From contig NW_027117347.1 in the NCBI RefSeq assembly GCF_038025025.1, positions 1,674,001 to 1,738,000 on the forward strand: 64,000 bases of DNA, written 5' to 3'. Positions 59,108 to 64,000 of this stretch are shown piece by piece; positions within the stretch are counted from its first letter, which is position 1, and every line of letters starts with the position of its first letter. This DNA is from Phyllosticta citribraziliensis. Its lineage: Eukaryota. The position numbers and the translations under genes are program-made. The notes below the pieces were generated by a model that ran no database searches, had not been told where the DNA came from, and was given only the letters and a program-made list of their open reading frames with translations.

Positions 59108-60727
59108 ATGGATCTTGCCCGAATACTGCAAAAGCCTCCGACAGCAAGTATGGAGCACGGTAATACAGATGGGTTAGCAATCAAGTCCACTGAAGCCCTA
59201 TCCACGACCAGGTCTACGGAAGCCACTGGAGGATCTCCTCGGACGCCACATAACAACGGTGCCAACTATGTGGCCGTTGATCGTGGAATTGAAAATATTC
59301 CGTCACCCTTTAGGCTGTGGTCCACCGAGTTGGTGGAGGGCGTCGCCGACCACCTTGATACCAAAGATTTGTGCGCGTTTCGAGCTACCTGTGCAACAAT
59401 TGCAGGTCAGGTCGACTATCCGTTCAAGAAGCGCTTCGGCAGCGTGGAATACACCATTACGGATAGCCAAACGGTAAATGCCGCGAAATTCGACCGTCTG
59501 AGACAGTTCAGACGAAGTCGACTCGCCGACGAAGTCAGGACTCTTACGTTCATTGAGCGCGAAAAAGGAGGGTTCCCCATTCTAAATGTAAGTCCCCCCA
59601 GCACGACCAAGCGAGCCAAAGCTGACATGTCTCAGAATTCTTTGCCTGGTCATGAAGACGGAGACATTCGCTTCTTCAGGGATGAGATAAGGATCCCAAT
59701 GACCTTTGTCAATTCGCTGGAATGGTTTCCGAAACTAGAGACCCTTGTCTTCTCCTCGGACTATGTTCCTCGTGAACGCATCGTATCGGAGATCACTCCC
59801 GCGATCGAGGACTACAAATCTGTTTTCACGAGCCTGGAGCAGCTCCTCCGCAGACGGAAAACCCCATTGCAAGTCCAAGTCCGACACAGGGACTTGATCT
59901 CGTGCGAGTTCAACTGGACTGGAAAGCGCGAAACCACCCACAACATCTCGTTCCGGTCCCTCAGGACGAAGACGGCAGTCGAGGAGGAAATTCGCGAGAT
60001 GATGCGTATCGCTTTGGACCCGACCAGGCAGTGCTTTTACAACTTCGAGATCAAACGGTACTGTGTCCAGTTGAAGGAAACTCTCCTCAAGCATAGCCTC
60101 CGCGTCATCAAGCTGTCTGGCTTCACGTTTCGCATCCTCGACCTCGCAGACCTGTTCAGTTCGCGGAGAGCCCTCTTTGGGCCCGAGACCCTCATTATAA
60201 ACGACTGCCAAATCAGGTTTGATGAAGAACCCTTCAGTGGCCAAACGATCGTCAGATGGACCCAGATGAGGGCCTTCATCGAAGACCTGGGTCGCACGGG
60301 AGTTCGGCACCTCGAGTTTGTCGATGTCAGTCTCAATATAGCTGCCCATTTGATCTGCATTCCTCTCTTCCAGCTGATTCGGAAATTCTGCAGGCTCAAA
60401 AGCTTCCGCTTTGAGCGGTTTGATCGCGTGTTCTTCGATTGGGACGGCGACAACCAGTTGGACGATGGCAGAAGACTTCCAGAGATGATCCGAAAGTTGG
60501 GTGGCGTCAACATGGCTATCTGGGAAATGGAGAGGTGCGTCCTCTACAAGAGAATTCTTCCTGCAGGTTCCTTTCCCAAAAAGGAGAAAAAGCAGGAGGA
60601 GCAAAATCAAGAGACGAAAGAGCAGGAGGAGGAAAAGCAGGAAAGTGGAAAGAAGGATGCAGAGAAGCCTGAGGAAGAAGAAGATGAGGACAGATATGAT
60701 CTGCCTGACGAGTATTTTGGCTTTTAG
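59108..60727 (+). CDS. F-box protein, FDWDG-cap family member 9
   Basis: F-box FRLWSTELVEGVADHLDTKDLCAFRATC; in-frame intron 59588-59635 (GTAAGT...GCTGAC...CAG); SCEFNWTG; cap FFDWDGDNQLDDGRRLPEMIRKLGGVNMAIWEMERCV; acidic tail. Start codon uncertain. Confidence 0.88.
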   Translation: MDLARILQKPPTASMEHGNTDGLAIKSTEALSTTRSTEATGGSPRTPHNNGANYVAVDRGIENIPSPFRLWSTELVEGVADHLDTKDLCAFRATCATIAGQVDYPFKKRFGSVEYTITDSQTVNAAKFDRLRQFRRSRLADEVRTLTFIEREKGGFPILNVSPPSTTKRAKADMSQNSLPGHEDGDIRFFRDEIRIPMTFVNSLEWFPKLETLVFSSDYVPRERIVSEITPAIEDYKSVFTSLEQLLRRRKTPLQVQVRHRDLISCEFNWTGKRETTHNISFRSLRTKTAVEEEIREMMRIALDPTRQCFYNFEIKRYCVQLKETLLKHSLRVIKLSGFTFRILDLADLFSSRRALFGPETLIINDCQIRFDEEPFSGQTIVRWTQMRAFIEDLGRTGVRHLEFVDVSLNIAAHLICIPLFQLIRKFCRLKSFRFERFDRVFFDWDGDNQLDDGRRLPEMIRKLGGVNMAIWEMERCVLYKRILPAGSFPKKEKKQEEQNQETKEQEEEKQESGKKDAEKPEEEEDEDRYDLPDEYFGF

Positions 60728-61654
60728 ATCGCCGTTTGGCGTGGTTTGGCGTCTTGGTGTGTTTTTTTGGGTCTTTAACTCCTGCGGGAGACGGGGAGCA
60801 TTCTAGTATTCGTGCTTTCTGTTTCCCCGGTTTTTCATGCACTTCGTGGTATTTTCTGGTACGTTATCTCTTTCCACGATGATACCTCTCACATCCCAAG
60901 ACATGTGTAGACCTAGCAATTTATTTTCGTCGAATGGAAGTCTTTGTGTCCTTTGACGCATCTGTGGCCTGAAATGTTCACCTTATGCCTATTACCTTGA
61001 CGGAGGCGTGATTTTGTGCGCTGCGTGGGCAAATTTTCTTTGTGGTCCGATGCCAGGTTGGCTCAGTCGCGTCCTCGGTCGCGTCCGCTCCTGGAAAATA
61101 CAACACACAAACCTTGGACTTCTTCAAGGTACAACCCCACTCACCACAACTACAGCTTGGCTGATTGAAGCTGTCAGAACTCGCTAAGTCGTCTGCGACG
61201 AGCAAATCACCTCGCCGCTCGCCGATCGCCGTCGCCGCCGCCAGCGCAAGCTCTTCACCTCTACTGTTTCCACGTTCCGCCGACTCTCGACTCTCAGCGA
61301 CAACATCGAGCGACCTGGCCTTGGGAGACATCCAGAACCATCTTGCGGAGGTCTCTGAGCACCCTGGGGTGAGCGGGGCGAGATCACTCTTCTTTCTGGT
61401 CACCGACTACCGCATGCTCGCCTCCAATCACCACACAAGATCCTTGTGAGAGGTCGACCAATCAAAACATTCGCCGCCGTGGTGGCTCCAAGCTATTCGT
61501 TTTCGCTGCCGAGTCAAGGGAGACTTGCACGTCAAACACAAGAACCCATTCTATCGGGTAGCTGGGTCTTGGCAGAACCGAGCATTAAGAAGATCGGTGG
61601 CTCGTCCTTTGTCGCCGTTCAAGAGTTGGTGCTTTGCTCTCTACTCCTTTCGCA

Positions 61655-62905
61655 ATGGCGGACTCTTCAGCGTGCAATGGGTCAGAATGCGGCAGTGAGA
61701 CCTACACCCCGATTGAAGAGTTGCCAACGAAACTGGTCGCGGCCATCACTTCATACCTCGACCCCGTCGACCGGAAGAGGCTCCGCCTCGTCAGCATCAC
61801 CATGCTCAATCACCTCAATGAGATCATGAAGCCGGCTTTCCAGAATCTCAGATGCCGGCCCCTTCTCTCCGAACTCTACTCCCTCGCAGAATTCTCGACT
61901 GACAGTCCGCTGGCCAAAGAAGTCAGATCATTGACTTTCACCTTCTTCGATTCTGCCGCTGTCAAGCAAGACCTGAAGGACCTACGCGACGGAAAGGGTC
62001 ACGGTTTGATGATATGTGAGAACATCAAAAGCGAAATGAAAGAAGAAGGTGGAATCGAGAGAGTCCATTCTGTGTTCGCTCTCCAGCAATGCCAAGCAAT
62101 GATTGCAAGGGTAATCAGAGGCTTGGAGGGTGTGACGACGCTTGGACTGGTTTTCAAGACTGCACCCGTCTTCTTCATCCCTCCCGAATTCTTGCGCGAG
62201 CCACACATGTACCAAGACATGATCGTGGGCAGGTTGCTTCCCAGGATCGAAAAGCCGTTGATGGTCCGCGTTTACGACCCTCCCATGCGTTGGGGATTTT
62301 CCTGGACGGGAACCCACGCCTCCGCCATGTCCTACGAGACGTTGACGCCATCCACGCAGCTTGTGCGCAATTGCCCAAGTCCCGAAGACGAGACTTGGTT
62401 CGCGAACATGGGTTGGTTCTTCCTTCTCGCCGGTCACCAGCTAAAGTCTCTCCATTTACACAACGTCATTGTGCCACTGCAGGTGGTTGAGGAAGTGCTC
62501 GAGGACGTGAAGAATTTGGAAGTCTTGTCGATTACTGAGAGCATTCTTCTAGAAGATGCTCCAATTTATCCTCCGGCGTTGATCGACCCAGGCAGCAAGC
62601 TCCAGAAGAGCCTTCGCGAGCTGTCCCTTCGTTTCTGCAGCGGAGCCACCCACCCTTTGCCCCGCCTATTCAAAGCTTTCCGAGAGGGCGGCAGGCTGGA
62701 ACGCTTCCAATTCGAGCAGATTGAAGGCATCTGGTTTGACTGGGACAAGACCGGCACTTTTGACGACGGCTCGTCGGTGCCGGCAATGATTGAAAAGATT
62801 GGTATGAAGAAGACGCTGGAGAGGATGGAGCAGTCCTGTTGTTGGGGCATGACGCCGCGCCATCCCCGCCTGGCAGAATTGTTTCCCCCCAACATCGATG
62901 CCTGA
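61655..62905 (+). CDS. F-box protein, FDWDG-cap family member 10
   Basis: Intronless; F-box IEELPTKLVAAITSYLDPVDRKRLRLVS; LRR-like LKSLHLHNV, LEVLSITES, LRELSLRFC; cap IWFDWDKTGTFDDGSSVPAMIEKIGMKKTLERMEQSC. Confidence 0.9.
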   Translation: MADSSACNGSECGSETYTPIEELPTKLVAAITSYLDPVDRKRLRLVSITMLNHLNEIMKPAFQNLRCRPLLSELYSLAEFSTDSPLAKEVRSLTFTFFDSAAVKQDLKDLRDGKGHGLMICENIKSEMKEEGGIERVHSVFALQQCQAMIARVIRGLEGVTTLGLVFKTAPVFFIPPEFLREPHMYQDMIVGRLLPRIEKPLMVRVYDPPMRWGFSWTGTHASAMSYETLTPSTQLVRNCPSPEDETWFANMGWFFLLAGHQLKSLHLHNVIVPLQVVEEVLEDVKNLEVLSITESILLEDAPIYPPALIDPGSKLQKSLRELSLRFCSGATHPLPRLFKAFREGGRLERFQFEQIEGIWFDWDKTGTFDDGSSVPAMIEKIGMKKTLERMEQSCCWGMTPRHPRLAELFPPNIDA

Positions 62906-64000
62906 GCCTTGGCTCATTCTGGAACTCACCAGTTGGTCCCTAGTCTTCTTTCAGTCGAGCCGACGAAGATACTCGGATTTGCACCTCTTTTTGTCTGCAT
63001 TGCTCGTTCAGGAATGCTCCCTGATCACTGCTCACCACGTCTGGGTCAACGGTTCTACCAAATTGCTGGATTCGTGCATGCCTCGCAGCTCCGCTCTGTC
63101 GCTCCTTAGTATATTCATGGCTCGATTCATGCTTGGACAATGGCTTGACTTGCGAGTACGGTGGCTAGGCTTTGTCTGGCGTTAGAATGACAGGATTGCC
63201 TAGGTAGAAATAGGAAAATACTTCTATACAGCGTTGTCATTGAGCTCAACACCACTCCAGTGGCTGCTTTCTCCTTCAATCTGATTGATAGTGTCACACC
63301 GGAGGTGCAGCAGAGAGGACAGTCATAGCTCGTCGGTAGATTTTGAACTCTCCCCTGTGGCGCATCTTCACATGTGTTCGTCGCTTAGGCCTGGATGCGA
63401 TTGGTACGTTTGGTTGGAGTTGCTGGTGAGTTCCGACGTTGGCGTTGATACAGAGACATGTATAGCTTGTGAGTCAGCATGGTCCCAAGAATAGGATGAC
63501 TCTGTCCAGTTGAGAGATGCGGACGTACCGCCAGGCGGTGAGACAGGTAGTTTCCCGCTCAGCCAGTTCGCTGTGGACTGGGAAGTGCCAAACTCTAATT
63601 CCGCGCTGATCCCAGCGGAGTTCGTGATGGGAACAGTGTGAAACTGCTGTGCTCCCCGCTCACCACCTTCGCCTCCATTCGCCTCGAGGGTCCCTCCGAA
63701 TTGAATTCTTCAACCCACAGGAACCTCCATACCTGTTCGAAGAATAAGAAACAGAGGCCAGTCCTTCTGCTGCTCTTCCAAATGCTGTCACCACTTTGAG
63801 GTCCGAGCATTCAACATATCCTTCGAAAACGAGCTCCACGAACGATAGTCGGCTGCAAACCACATGTCCAATTCTGAACCTCCTGATCCGCGGCCAGCGG
63901 CAAGTGGTCCACCATCTGTCGCTACCATGGGGACCCGATTCATTCACAATCTCGCGACTGATGGAAATGGATTGTCGTCTACCCTTTCGCCAATCGAAAG

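Noticed and set aside
1..64000. tRNA, rRNA or telomeric repeats
   Set aside because: None recognised by eye; tRNAscan-SE or Infernal would be needed to exclude small RNAs.

Overview
Fungal (filamentous ascomycete, Pezizomycotina-type) nuclear DNA with short GT-AG introns. Conserved genes: 3' end of a Sec24-family COPII subunit, a usgS-like EI24-type membrane protein directly upstream of formamidase (fmdS), 5-oxoprolinase, a CFEM/Pro-rich surface protein, an aquaglyceroporin, an MCT-like MFS transporter, PC4/Sub1, Atg22 and a GH3 beta-N-acetylglucosaminidase. Between them lie lineage-specific genes, several decaying. The main signal is a locally expanded family of about 10 highly divergent F-box proteins: one at 21-22 kb, an array at 35-42 kb and an array at 53.6-62.9 kb. 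They have an N-terminal F-box, a hypervariable LRR-like middle and a conserved C-terminal cap (consensus near FRFExVxGVxFDWDGDGxLDDGSRLPxMIxxxGMxxALxxMIxxY) with a DxDxDG-type loop. One member has no F-box, one has lost the cap, and two are pseudogenes. Also notable: a membrane-anchored, probably Kex2-processed 8-Cys protein resembling FOLD effectors (7.7-8.8 kb), five spaced copies of a 29-nt motif (13.9-14.5 kb), and several isolated in-frame stops in accessory genes. All calls are from reading the sequence; no database searches were run.
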